DNA of 26,319 nt from Candidatus Thorarchaeota archaeon (GTDB lineage Archaea > Asgardarchaeota > Thorarchaeia > Thorarchaeales > Thorarchaeaceae), in NCBI GenBank assembly GCA_019057475.1, contig DXJO01000042.1, positions 1 to 26,319 on the forward strand, written 5' to 3'. The first letter of the stretch is position 1, and every line of letters starts with the position of its first letter. The notes beneath the pieces were generated by a model. That model was not told where the DNA came from, did not search any database, and saw nothing but the letters and a program-made list of their open reading frames with translations. A program made the position numbers and the translations under genes. This document shows positions 17,169-26,191 of the stretch, piece after piece.

Positions 17169-17988
17169 GCTCAGACTGGGCGACGCACGTGATCTAGGCT
17201 TTCTTCAGGACGAGAGTATACATCTGGTTTTGACCTCTCCTCCGTATTGGACTCTCAAGGATTACAATGGCTCGGCCTCGTCGGGGCAACTCGGGGCAAT
17301 CGAAGACTATGAGGAGTTCTTGGTGGAACTCAACAAGGTCTGGCGCGAATGCTATCGCGTCTTGGTTCCAAGCGGAAGGCTCGTAGTTGTCGTAGGAGAT
17401 GTCTTACTCTCGCGAAGGAAACACAAACGTCACAGAATGATCCCACTACATTCGGATATTCAAGTCGCAGGACGCGATATTGGCTTCGATAATCTGACTC
17501 CTATCATTTGGTACAAGATCGGAAGTGCGACTTTTGAAGGGAATACCAGGTCGAACATACTTGGACAGCCCTATCAGCCCAATGCAATCGTGAAGAGCGA
17601 TGCTGAGTACATTCTCTTCCTTCGGAAACCTGGCTCATATCGAAAGCCTACAAAGGAACAGAAACAGAAGAGCATGATTCCACGCGATGACTTCATGAAA
17701 TGGTTTACGCAGGTCTGGACCGACATCGGAGGTACCCGTAACCCAGACCATCCAGCACCATTCCCCTTAAAGCTGGCAGAGAGGCTAATCAGGATGTTCT
17801 CGTTCGTTGGTGACACGGTGTTGGATCCGTTTATCGGGACTGGCACAACGATGCTAGCTGCAATTCGGTATGGACGGTCAAGCATTGGTGTCGAGATAGA
17901 TCCAAACTACATCGAGCTAGCCAGATCTCTTATCGAGAAGAACTTGCACTCATTAGAATATGAATTGAATTTTGACTTGATCAAATGA
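17143..17988 (+). CDS. Beta-class N4-cytosine/N6-adenine DNA methyltransferase
   Basis: GDARDL, catalytic TSPPY, HPAPFP, SAM-binding DPFIGTGT and GVEID. SPPY suggests m4C. Confidence 0.93.
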   Translation: MNLSKTTHELRLGDARDLGFLQDESIHLVLTSPPYWTLKDYNGSASSGQLGAIEDYEEFLVELNKVWRECYRVLVPSGRLVVVVGDVLLSRRKHKRHRMIPLHSDIQVAGRDIGFDNLTPIIWYKIGSATFEGNTRSNILGQPYQPNAIVKSDAEYILFLRKPGSYRKPTKEQKQKSMIPRDDFMKWFTQVWTDIGGTRNPDHPAPFPLKLAERLIRMFSFVGDTVLDPFIGTGTTMLAAIRYGRSSIGVEIDPNYIELARSLIEKNLHSLEYELNFDLIK

Positions 17989-18230
17989 AGCAGCAACGTC
18001 AGCGCAAGTACTCGACTCCCAAAGATATAGAATGTCTGGAAACTATCTATGAATAGTGGGACGATCTGACAAGGCAGTGTGCTATACAGGCATTACCTGC
18101 TGTTCTAGAGGACCTTCTGGAAACGATTGGCGGTGCGATATCAAAGATTGGTGGGATCTTTGACTCTAAGTATCAGGAACCGGACCAGAGAAAAGAATAT
18201 CAGGTCGCAGGTAAGTAGCTGCCCAGATCA

Positions 18231-19409
18231 ATGCGTCAAAGCATTACTCCTGTGGTGGAGCGCATGAGAGAACAAACTCAACTTATTCGCGACCTTGAGG
18301 AGCCAGGAGAAGAGGAAGAAGAGGCCTATCCTGAATATCCAAAGGAATTCTGGAAGAAGAAGAACAAAGAAGTAATCACAGTAACCGTGGACTACAGTCT
18401 TTCACATCTAACGAACTTGATCAAGAAGGGACTCATAGACCTCGCGCCGAAGCATCAGCGCAGACATCGTTGGACAGACAAGAGGAAATCGAAGCTCATC
18501 GAATCATTCATAATGAGCATCCCCATCCCACCCGTATTCCTCAACGAGGAGTCTGGTGGGTCGTATTCGGTCATTGATGGGCGACAGCGACTGATTGCAA
18601 TCTCTGAGTTCATGAAGGGGGAGCTCACGTTGTCCGGTCTCGAAGTCTTTGAAAACTTCAACGGAAAGACTATCCGACACTTGCCACAGGATTATGTGGA
18701 CAAGCTCGAGAATCTCTACACCCTTCGTGCACTTATTGTCATACGAGAAACCACCAAGCATGTCATGCTGGAGGTATTCACTAGGGTCAATACAGGTGGA
18801 GTCCAGTTGAACCCTCAGGAGATTCGTAATGCGACTTTTCAGGGCCCCCTGAACGATATGGTAATGGAACTTTCCCAGAGCGAGAGATTCCATTCGCTTC
18901 TTAGAATACGAGAAAAGACTCGATCCTCAATCTGGAACAAGATGAAGGATGCCGAGCTAGTACTCAGGTACATTACATTCAAGGACAAATGGAGCGAATT
19001 TCCTGGCCCACTGAAGACCAACATGGACAATTACATGAAAAAGAACCAATACATTCGAAAGCAAGAGATTGAGAAGATTGAACACGACTTCAATAGGACC
19101 ATCGGAGTTGTGGGCGCGTTCTTTGGGAAATATGCATTTCGGCGATGGAATCCCGAGAGAGGAAGGAGGGGAACTTGGTTTAAGGCGGTTAACTCAGCAA
19201 TCTACGACGCACAGATGTTCTCATGCCAGGATTTCGATTCTGAACAAGCGACGGGAAAGGAAACGGCGATCTTAGAGGGGATGAAATCGCTCTTCGAGGA
19301 TGATAAATTCAATGAATACGTGTCTCGTGGTACAAACACGCCCGAGTTTTTCAGAAATAGAATACAAATGGTAAAAGGAATGGTATTGGCCGCCATAGAA
19401 AGGACGTAG
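18231..19409 (+). CDS. DUF262 (GmrSD N-terminal / ParB-like) domain protein
   Basis: PKHQRRHRW, SKLIES, IPIP, VIDGRQRL and FTRVNTGGVQLNPQEIRNA. Confidence 0.9.
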   Translation: MRQSITPVVERMREQTQLIRDLEEPGEEEEEAYPEYPKEFWKKKNKEVITVTVDYSLSHLTNLIKKGLIDLAPKHQRRHRWTDKRKSKLIESFIMSIPIPPVFLNEESGGSYSVIDGRQRLIAISEFMKGELTLSGLEVFENFNGKTIRHLPQDYVDKLENLYTLRALIVIRETTKHVMLEVFTRVNTGGVQLNPQEIRNATFQGPLNDMVMELSQSERFHSLLRIREKTRSSIWNKMKDAELVLRYITFKDKWSEFPGPLKTNMDNYMKKNQYIRKQEIEKIEHDFNRTIGVVGAFFGKYAFRRWNPERGRRGTWFKAVNSAIYDAQMFSCQDFDSEQATGKETAILEGMKSLFEDDKFNEYVSRGTNTPEFFRNRIQMVKGMVLAAIERT

Positions 19410-19420
19410 GAGGAGGAGAT

Positions 19421-20173
19421 ATGCCAGCTTACGCGGTGTTCCTAGAAAAAATGGAAACTGTGGAATCTTTGATACGTCAGGAACGTCTTTGTGACCCGCG
19501 ACTACCGGCGGAAAGATCACTTGTTCTAGGCCTTCGCGGCGGTGCAGCGGTCCTGATGGTCGCGGCTTTTGAAGGGTTCCTAAAAGATGTTTTCACGGAG
19601 TACATCAGATTTCTGGACAAAGAACCGCCCATTATTTGGACTAGTAACCTAACGGATCGAATGAGGATTTGGAACGTCTATGAGAACTTAAGACTGGCAG
19701 CAAAATCTTATCACGAGAAGAATAATGAACAATTGCTTGCGGATATTCCAAGGATACGAGCTCTTTGTGAGAAGATCTCGATGGACATCATTGCGGCTAA
19801 TGCCTTTTCCAGTGGGACATCCAACCCGATGAAGGGACCTATTCAGGACATGTTCTTTAGAGTGGGCCTCGAGAATGTCTTTCAGAAAATCCACAAGCAG
19901 TTTGAACGCATCCATGGACCCATACTCGAACTCAACTACTTCGACAATGAGCTGGACAGAATCGTCAAAAGGAGACATCATATAGCCCACACAGCTGATG
20001 CCAGAAAGTTTACAGAAAAAGACCTTATGGATGACCTCAAGCTACTGAAGAACTTGGCACAGATTCTTAATCAGAAGCTGAGAAAGCATATCAAAATGCT
20101 TGTGGTAAAGCATAGTAGCCTAGGTGAACCCTCTTATTCAGACTTAAGCTCTCTCCTTAGGGCTAGCGGATGA
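19421..20173 (+). CDS. HEPN RNase (RiboL-PSP / MAE_28990-like)
   Basis: AVLMVAAFEGFLKD N-terminal helix, SNP, and the Rx4H motif RHHIAH. Strong AGGAGGAG RBS, 11 bp after the DUF262 gene. Confidence 0.85.
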   Translation: MPAYAVFLEKMETVESLIRQERLCDPRLPAERSLVLGLRGGAAVLMVAAFEGFLKDVFTEYIRFLDKEPPIIWTSNLTDRMRIWNVYENLRLAAKSYHEKNNEQLLADIPRIRALCEKISMDIIAANAFSSGTSNPMKGPIQDMFFRVGLENVFQKIHKQFERIHGPILELNYFDNELDRIVKRRHHIAHTADARKFTEKDLMDDLKLLKNLAQILNQKLRKHIKMLVVKHSSLGEPSYSDLSSLLRASG

Positions 20174-20378
20174 ACCAGGTGCGAAGGCGCACCTCAGCAG
20201 CCTCGTCCATCTCGACCTCAAGAGCCTTCTTCACTCTTCTGGAGAGAGCTTCGACATCCTTGCCCTCGGACATCGTTCGAATGACGAGCTCATCAATAGC
20301 GCTCAGAGTGTCTATGCGTACTTGATTGGCAATCCGCCGTAGCTCCTCAAAGTCTACGGTCGACCGTTTTGTGCTCAA
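20163..20378 (-). CDS. Small charged helical hypothetical protein
   Basis: 71-aa ORF with amphipathic helical composition; no motif recognised. Confidence 0.45.
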   Translation of the reverse strand: MSTKRSTVDFEELRRIANQVRIDTLSAIDELVIRTMSEGKDVEALSRRVKKALEVEMDEAAEVRLRTWFIR

Positions 20379-20491
20379 CTTAGTTCATCAGTCCGCAGTC
20401 CCTCACCGCGCTATTTAGCCTCATAGTGACAGTTCGGTACGTAGAGACTTCCATTAAATGAGAATTCCCGCTCGTCAGAGGAGATGATCAT

Positions 20492-20815
20492 ATGAGGGGA
20501 CGTAGTATAGGCATTGGAGCTGTTGTTCTTTACCTAATTCTTGTGTATTGGATAGGAACCCGGGGCTTCGAGCCGACGTTCTATCCTGTTGTCAATTTGA
20601 TAATGCCGCTCCTAATCTTTATTGTGTTGCCTGGAGGCGTCTGTCTAGAGATAGTAGCTTTTGCTCGAAGAAGGCAGACTGTAAAGAAGGACTCTTCACC
20701 AGAGTCACCCAGGGAAAAGATTGTCACGGAGAGGGTTCTTGTTATCTGTCCGTACTGTGGAGCAAAGACAGAACAGGGTCTTCTCAAGTGTCAGAACTGC
20801 AGGGCCGATCTGTGA
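20492..20815 (+). CDS. Two-TM membrane protein with a C-terminal zinc ribbon
   Basis: Two hydrophobic helices, then ERVLVICPYCG...KCQNCRADL. GAGGAGA RBS. Confidence 0.85.
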   Translation: MRGRSIGIGAVVLYLILVYWIGTRGFEPTFYPVVNLIMPLLIFIVLPGGVCLEIVAFARRRQTVKKDSSPESPREKIVTERVLVICPYCGAKTEQGLLKCQNCRADL

Positions 20816-20821
20816 ACCTCA

Positions 20822-20841
20822 GACTTTCCACGTGGAAGGTC
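20822..20841. repeat. Left boundary palindrome GACTTTCCACGTGGAAGGTC
   Basis: Near-perfect palindrome; 18/19 identical to 26174-26192. Confidence 0.85.
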
Positions 20842-21047
20842 GCAGTTCGGACTTAGGTGTATTATGTCAGAATGCGGATGGTTTTTCGAATGAAGTTGCT
20901 AGAATTAAAGTTAGTTTAGAGGCAGCATATGAGATTGATCTCGAAAATACTGCATTCTTAGTTAGGGCACAATGTGGGGGGACTGGTATTTGGAAACTTC
21001 TATCAAATAATCAAGCCAAGAAACATAATATTAGCTCTGGTAGCGAA

Positions 21048-21809
21048 TTACGGGGGAAAAAATTTATCCAAGGCCTGTCTAAAGGAGGAATTGCTAATGC
21101 CACTGTTAGTAATTTTACTTCGGTCTGTTTCTCCCATATTCTTGAATTCGTCTGGAAATCCGAGTGCTAGAGCCACATGAATACACTCTTGCACCTTCTT
21201 GAACATCCCATTCCATCTGTGGAATTTTTCCATTTCGTAGGCAGGTGAAACTTTTCCAACCTCTGTTTGGAACTGACCCGCACCACTGTGAATGAATTGT
21301 GATAATTCACTGTATAATTTCGCTATTCTCATTTTGTTACCAAATAGTTCTGGTGCGTCCGGGCATTCTTTTTTGAAATCTTTCACCGTCCTTAATTCTC
21401 TGAAATAATCATGGCCTCTACCCCAAACATCAGCCAATTTGTTATCTTTGAACCACGTGCTACCCTCAGACCACCAGCCATATTCTACTTCATGTTTTGA
21501 AAAATATACCAGCCTTAACGCAGATTCCAGCTGAGAACGTAAGCATGCATGAGCATACTTATAGAGCCCATAACCTGCGAAATGAATCGAAATATAGGAA
21601 TCCATAAAAATCTCGGGTATGAACTTATCTGCACTACTTATGCTCTGCAATTTAGTTGCCCAAATATTAAAAAGCTCTGTCATATTTACAAGCTTTTCAA
21701 CATCCTCTGTATAGTTGGCTAATGTATTGTTCCAGTTTTCAACAACCCATTTTTCTTGGCTTTCATGCATGATTCTTGTTGAATCACCCATTGGTATCTC
21801 GGCCATCAT
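21048..21809 (-). CDS. All-helical HEPN-like (DUF5677-like) protein
   Basis: AHACLRSQLESAL ... LYSELSQFIH pattern. 4-bp overlap with the upstream gene. Confidence 0.6.
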   Translation of the reverse strand: MMAEIPMGDSTRIMHESQEKWVVENWNNTLANYTEDVEKLVNMTELFNIWATKLQSISSADKFIPEIFMDSYISIHFAGYGLYKYAHACLRSQLESALRLVYFSKHEVEYGWWSEGSTWFKDNKLADVWGRGHDYFRELRTVKDFKKECPDAPELFGNKMRIAKLYSELSQFIHSGAGQFQTEVGKVSPAYEMEKFHRWNGMFKKVQECIHVALALGFPDEFKNMGETDRSKITNSGISNSSFRQALDKFFPP

Positions 21810-22543
21810 CCATCAGATCTCCTCAATATGCCAGCAAATGAACATAGGGTATTATCATCACTATTTAGAGGACGAATGATCTTATCATAATTAATCCTAC
21901 TATAGTATTTGAAACAGATTTTTTCGTAGAGTTGTTCAAGACAGCTTATTTTTTCTGACTGATCTTGAATAGTACTAGAAAAGGTAGTATTGTTAATACA
22001 CAATGGTTGTGCAGCGCTTATTGAATGTGATGTATTAATTATCTGAGAAAAGCCTATATCTTTGGAGTTAAGAAGTGTTGTGTATATTAGTACAAATCCA
22101 TCGTTGTCATGGTCTGCTTGTAGCTTGATCGTCATCTCCAAACTCGCAAGTTCCTTTTCTACTCGGCCTAGCTCAAAATTCGGATTTTGGCTGGTAAAAT
22201 CCAGATTTACTATATCAAAAGGGAACCTATCTTTGATTTTAAAATTCTGATGCGTAATCGAATCTTCGTATCGACTCGCTCCTGTAACAGTTGCGGCGCT
22301 CAGTTCAGTTTCTAACCTTATTTGTACGACATACGTTGGAGCCCAGGCTGTGACATGCTTCTTCTCGGTAAGGTTTCTTTCTTCAAGCATTTCTATTTCT
22401 TGGAAGTTCTCAGAGTAAGTCAGTGTAAGTAATTTCATCTTTTTATTACGACGATGAGGATAAAGGGTCTTGCCGCCTTCAATCGCAATGGGTAGCCAGA
22501 GTTTCTCAAGAAGATTCGTTTTCATTTCCGGGGTCATAATCAT
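21806..22543 (-). CDS. Hypothetical protein with a probable Rossmann methyltransferase-like fold
   Basis: MKLLTLT strand and FPFDIVNLDF, resembling MTase motif IV-like (D..NLD) segments. No clear glycine-rich SAM loop. Confidence 0.55.
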   Translation of the reverse strand: MIMTPEMKTNLLEKLWLPIAIEGGKTLYPHRRNKKMKLLTLTYSENFQEIEMLEERNLTEKKHVTAWAPTYVVQIRLETELSAATVTGASRYEDSITHQNFKIKDRFPFDIVNLDFTSQNPNFELGRVEKELASLEMTIKLQADHDNDGFVLIYTTLLNSKDIGFSQIINTSHSISAAQPLCINNTTFSSTIQDQSEKISCLEQLYEKICFKYYSRINYDKIIRPLNSDDNTLCSFAGILRRSDG

Positions 22544-22545
22544 GA

Positions 22546-24255
22546 CTAATCCCCCAAGAAAATCTTCTCTAATAGGAGATTCAATTGCTTCAGAAGCTCC
22601 CTAGAGTCCTTCCTTTTCTGGGCAATTAGTCCGAATCCGAGAGATAGCTTCTTTATTATTTCATCACTAAGCTTGCTCTTAAACAAAGGATGAGACATAT
22701 TGAAGATAACTCTCTTGTCTTGAGAATGGAGTCGGCATATCGAGAAGGGATATTCGTTAGTATCCCACTCATCATAATCTACTTGGTACTCCACCCCCAT
22801 CATGCTCATTTTTTCTTGAAAAGAGGGATGCTCTTCATATATTATAATTGACCTCTCATCAGGTAGAACATCAATTGGAGGTGTGTCTTCGGGCGCTTGG
22901 TTCTTCTTGGTAATGACTTTAAAATCAGTTTTCTTGGAAAGTGCTTTAGCTACCTTTTCAGCAGGCGGGGCAACCAAACCCCTCTTTGTTTTGGAAATGG
23001 GAGACTTTCGAAGCCTTAACCGGCTTTTTGATATTTGAATGACCCCTGCATCCTTCAGCTCCTCTATTATTCTCGGGGATCCCCTAATACCAGCAAGAGC
23101 TTCGTAAATCCCCTTATCTTTTATAGCCATTCTTTCTAGCATATTACTCCATCTTAGGAGTTTCTTGCGGAAAAATTCCTGCAATTCTGCTACTTCTTGG
23201 GTATAGTAGAAACTATCTCTATCTATCATCAATACAGAATCCAGCCCGCTTTGAATGTGGATTTCGCCGCAAATCCAATTGAGTTTTCCAAGAACTTTCC
23301 CTTTTAACTTGATAACGTCGAAGTCAGTTGGGAGTCCAACTGCAACATCTCTCAACCTTACTTGGAAGCCTCTTGCTTCTTCTGGTTGTATTGGTTCTAA
23401 CGGAGTCATAAGAGCGTATTTTGCTGATACCTTGCCGAAAGACTCCTCGCCTTTGTCGATAATTTCCGCGCCTTCAGGAACATTTCGAAAGAGCTCATCT
23501 CCGTCAAGCCAAAGTCTAAGAGGAACTCTTTTGTCGTAGGCAAAAAAGCTCTTCAGGTCCTCTCGGTTCGGTGGAAACTGGATAGGGCTATACTGACTTA
23601 TTGTCCATTTGAACCTCTGACTGCCACTGAATCTATCAATGCTTGATTTCCATTGGGATTCTTTACGTTTCAAGTCATCCGCTATTTGTGGTGCAATTTC
23701 TTTGAGAATGAGAATAGTTTCACCGATTTCCACCCTGAGGTCGCTAGGATATAGTTTGTATGGAACTACCACATCTTCAACCAAAAAGAACTCATCTTTC
23801 CTAAAGAATTCGGCAGTATTAATGGTCAACTCAATATTAGAACTAGTATTCCTTTTTTTTGTAAGAATCTGTAGGGTCTGGCAATATGGAAATACGGACA
23901 GACAACCAATTCCAAATATGCCAATTCGTTTTCGTCCCAATTCATCAGTTTTATCACTTAATGGAGTTGGAAATCCAATTGAAAGAAACCTATCTCTTAG
24001 TTCTTCTAAATCCATTCCTCGGCCATTATCGCGAACTATAATTCGATTGTTTGGCAAATCTAGTTTTATTTTGACTTCGGTTGCGCCAGCATCATATGAA
24101 TTGGAAATCAGTTCTTTTACAGCTCTACCAAAGTTTCTATATAAACCACTGCTAAGGTGACGAACCACATCTTTGCTTACAGTCATTCGAAGCTGCCCTT
24201 CTTCCGTAACTGATGAACTCCCTTCCATTTCATCACCAAAATATTCGCTATTCAA
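22546..24255 (-). CDS. GHKL (MORC/HSP90-like) ATPase with an S5-like domain; likely start ATG 24228
   Basis: LSSGLY...AVKELISNSYDAGAT, DNGRGMD, IGIFGIG, GETI, then GEIH...IDRDSF. GGTGAT RBS before MEGSS. Confidence 0.9.
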   Translation of the reverse strand: MNSEYFGDEMEGSSSVTEEGQLRMTVSKDVVRHLSSGLYRNFGRAVKELISNSYDAGATEVKIKLDLPNNRIIVRDNGRGMDLEELRDRFLSIGFPTPLSDKTDELGRKRIGIFGIGCLSVFPYCQTLQILTKKRNTSSNIELTINTAEFFRKDEFFLVEDVVVPYKLYPSDLRVEIGETILILKEIAPQIADDLKRKESQWKSSIDRFSGSQRFKWTISQYSPIQFPPNREDLKSFFAYDKRVPLRLWLDGDELFRNVPEGAEIIDKGEESFGKVSAKYALMTPLEPIQPEEARGFQVRLRDVAVGLPTDFDVIKLKGKVLGKLNWICGEIHIQSGLDSVLMIDRDSFYYTQEVAELQEFFRKKLLRWSNMLERMAIKDKGIYEALAGIRGSPRIIEELKDAGVIQISKSRLRLRKSPISKTKRGLVAPPAEKVAKALSKKTDFKVITKKNQAPEDTPPIDVLPDERSIIIYEEHPSFQEKMSMMGVEYQVDYDEWDTNEYPFSICRLHSQDKRVIFNMSHPLFKSKLSDEIIKKLSLGFGLIAQKRKDSRELLKQLNLLLEKIFLGD

Positions 24256-24545
24256 TCTAATTCATAAATCTACTTATCAGATTATCTTCAAAGGCATTTT
24301 GATGAATCATTAATAGGTATAGCACAACTCAGCTACTAAGGAAAATAAGCGCTTGATGAAAAACATGTATTTGGACTGGTAACTTATGCAAGATAGCAGG
24401 CAACTGCAAATAAACGGAGGAGAACTAATTGAAAACAATTAATACGAACTTAATATTGATTGTCTTTCAATAACTCGTGACACTTGGAGAGATTTAGATA
24501 TCGGAACTACTTATCTAGATATCTTATGTGAGGTAGTAGAGAATC

Positions 24546-25655
24546 ATGAATACTTTGACAGATCGCCCTCAACAAGAGGTTTTTCTAGACAAATTGTCTT
24601 ATGAAGTACCAACTACTAGATATGTGGGTAGCAAAAGACGCTTTCTTGAGTTTATGCATGCAGTGACAAAAAGTTTGATCTCTAAAGACAGCGTAGTTTT
24701 GGATTTGTTTGGTGGGTCGGGCATTGTCGGCTATCATTTTAAGCGGCAGGGTTTTAGAGTCATATACAATGATTATCTGAAATTCAATTGGTGGATTGGT
24801 AAGGCACTGATTGAAAACACTGAACGCCAATTAGTAGAATCTGATATCAAGTCGCTTCTTGAAGTGAAGAAATCACGAAAGTATCCAACGCTCATCCAAG
24901 ACACTTTCAAAAACTACTACTACACGGATGAAGAAAACAGATGGCTAGATATTGTTAGCACCAATATCCGATATCTAAGGAAAGAATCAAAGAAAGCCGC
25001 AGCATATTATGCACTCTTCCAAGCTTGCCTGACAAAGCGTCCTTGGAGTCTATTCAATAGAGTGAATCTCGCTTTTAGACTTGCAGAACAGGAGCGTAGC
25101 TTTAACAACAAAACTACATGGGACACTTCATTCGAAACTATGTTTCGCAGATTTTGCGATGAGATTAACCAAGTGGTGTTTAACAATCAGCATGATAATA
25201 TTGCAATGAATGAGAGTGCTGAAAATCTATCACTAAAATCTATGGAACTGAAACCAGACATTGTATATATTGATCCTCCAAGTGGGAGGTCGCCATCAGG
25301 ACTACTTGATTACTATCAGTTGTATCATTTTCTTGAAGGATTAACAGATTATCACAGTTGGCATGAACGTATTGATTACCAATCCTATAATCTAAGGTTG
25401 AAGCCTCGGCAGAATTCTTGGAGTAATCCTGTTGAATTGAAGGATGCTTGGAAGAAGTGTATTCAATCCTTTAGAGATTCAATCCTTGTAATCTCATATA
25501 GGTCTCCAGGCTATCCAAAACTGGCATGGATTGAGAAACTCTTGAAAACACAAAAGCAGGATGTTCAAGTGTTTACCCAGAATGGATTATCGAGGATAGT
25601 CACTTCAGTGAATCAAAGGCTCGAGATGAACGAGCACGTTCTTGTGGCAGAGTAG
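24546..25655 (+). CDS. Alpha-class (Dam/M.FokI-like, D12) adenine methyltransferase with a variant catalytic motif DPPS
   Basis: RYVGSK, DLFGGSG, YNDY, YYTDEEN.WLD, LFQACL.KRP..LF.R.NL, N..TWD, YIDPPS and YHFLEGL. Confidence 0.85.
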   Translation: MNTLTDRPQQEVFLDKLSYEVPTTRYVGSKRRFLEFMHAVTKSLISKDSVVLDLFGGSGIVGYHFKRQGFRVIYNDYLKFNWWIGKALIENTERQLVESDIKSLLEVKKSRKYPTLIQDTFKNYYYTDEENRWLDIVSTNIRYLRKESKKAAAYYALFQACLTKRPWSLFNRVNLAFRLAEQERSFNNKTTWDTSFETMFRRFCDEINQVVFNNQHDNIAMNESAENLSLKSMELKPDIVYIDPPSGRSPSGLLDYYQLYHFLEGLTDYHSWHERIDYQSYNLRLKPRQNSWSNPVELKDAWKKCIQSFRDSILVISYRSPGYPKLAWIEKLLKTQKQDVQVFTQNGLSRIVTSVNQRLEMNEHVLVAE

Positions 25656-25898
25656 TGTTTCATTGTTCTTCCTCCTTGGTGAATAGAATATGCAACTCGT
25701 TTCTCTTGGATTCTCCATCTGAATCTGGTACAAGAAATGCAATGATACGGTACTTCGTGCCTTTCACAGTAATGTCGAACAACGTTGAAGTTCTTGTAGA
25801 GTGAGTACATGAAGTTTGCGAGCGCAAACTCGGGGACGTCCCACTCACCAAGGTGTTCATATCAATATGTGTCTATCATTTATGAGAGGTCTTAAAAG

Positions 25899-26117
25899 AT
25901 GATAGTCAGCGACGCACAATGGAAATACTGGAGAAATTGTCTGAAAGCATATCTTCAAGGCAAGAAGACAATGAACTGGATTGTTGGTGTTCTCGACATT
26001 AGCCTCATAAAGCAGTTTGACATGATGATCAAAGAGTTGCTGCCCTATGGACCATATCCTCGGCAAGGAGAAATACGAGAGATTCGAAGAAGAATTTCTG
26101 AACACAGATTTGATTAG
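25899..26117 (+). CDS. Small hypothetical protein
   Basis: 72-aa ORF; no motif recognised. Confidence 0.35.
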   Translation: MIVSDAQWKYWRNCLKAYLQGKKTMNWIVGVLDISLIKQFDMMIKELLPYGPYPRQGEIREIRRRISEHRFD

Positions 26118-26173
26118 AAGACACAGCAAATTGTAAGTTCTCACACAACTACTCTTCCAAAAGACAAGTAGCT

Positions 26174-26191
26174 ACTTTCCACGTGGAAAGT
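26174..26191. repeat. Right boundary perfect 18-bp palindrome ACTTTCCACGTGGAAAGT
   Basis: Self-reverse-complementary; matches 20823-20840. Confidence 0.9.

Noticed and set aside
20163-20378. Transketolase-like N-terminus (ELRRIANQVRID)
   Set aside because: The following GH/SxxE motifs are absent; the resemblance is superficial.
25613-25860. Short minus-strand ORFs after the methylase
   Set aside because: Two competing frames with no motif; cannot tell which, if either, is coding.
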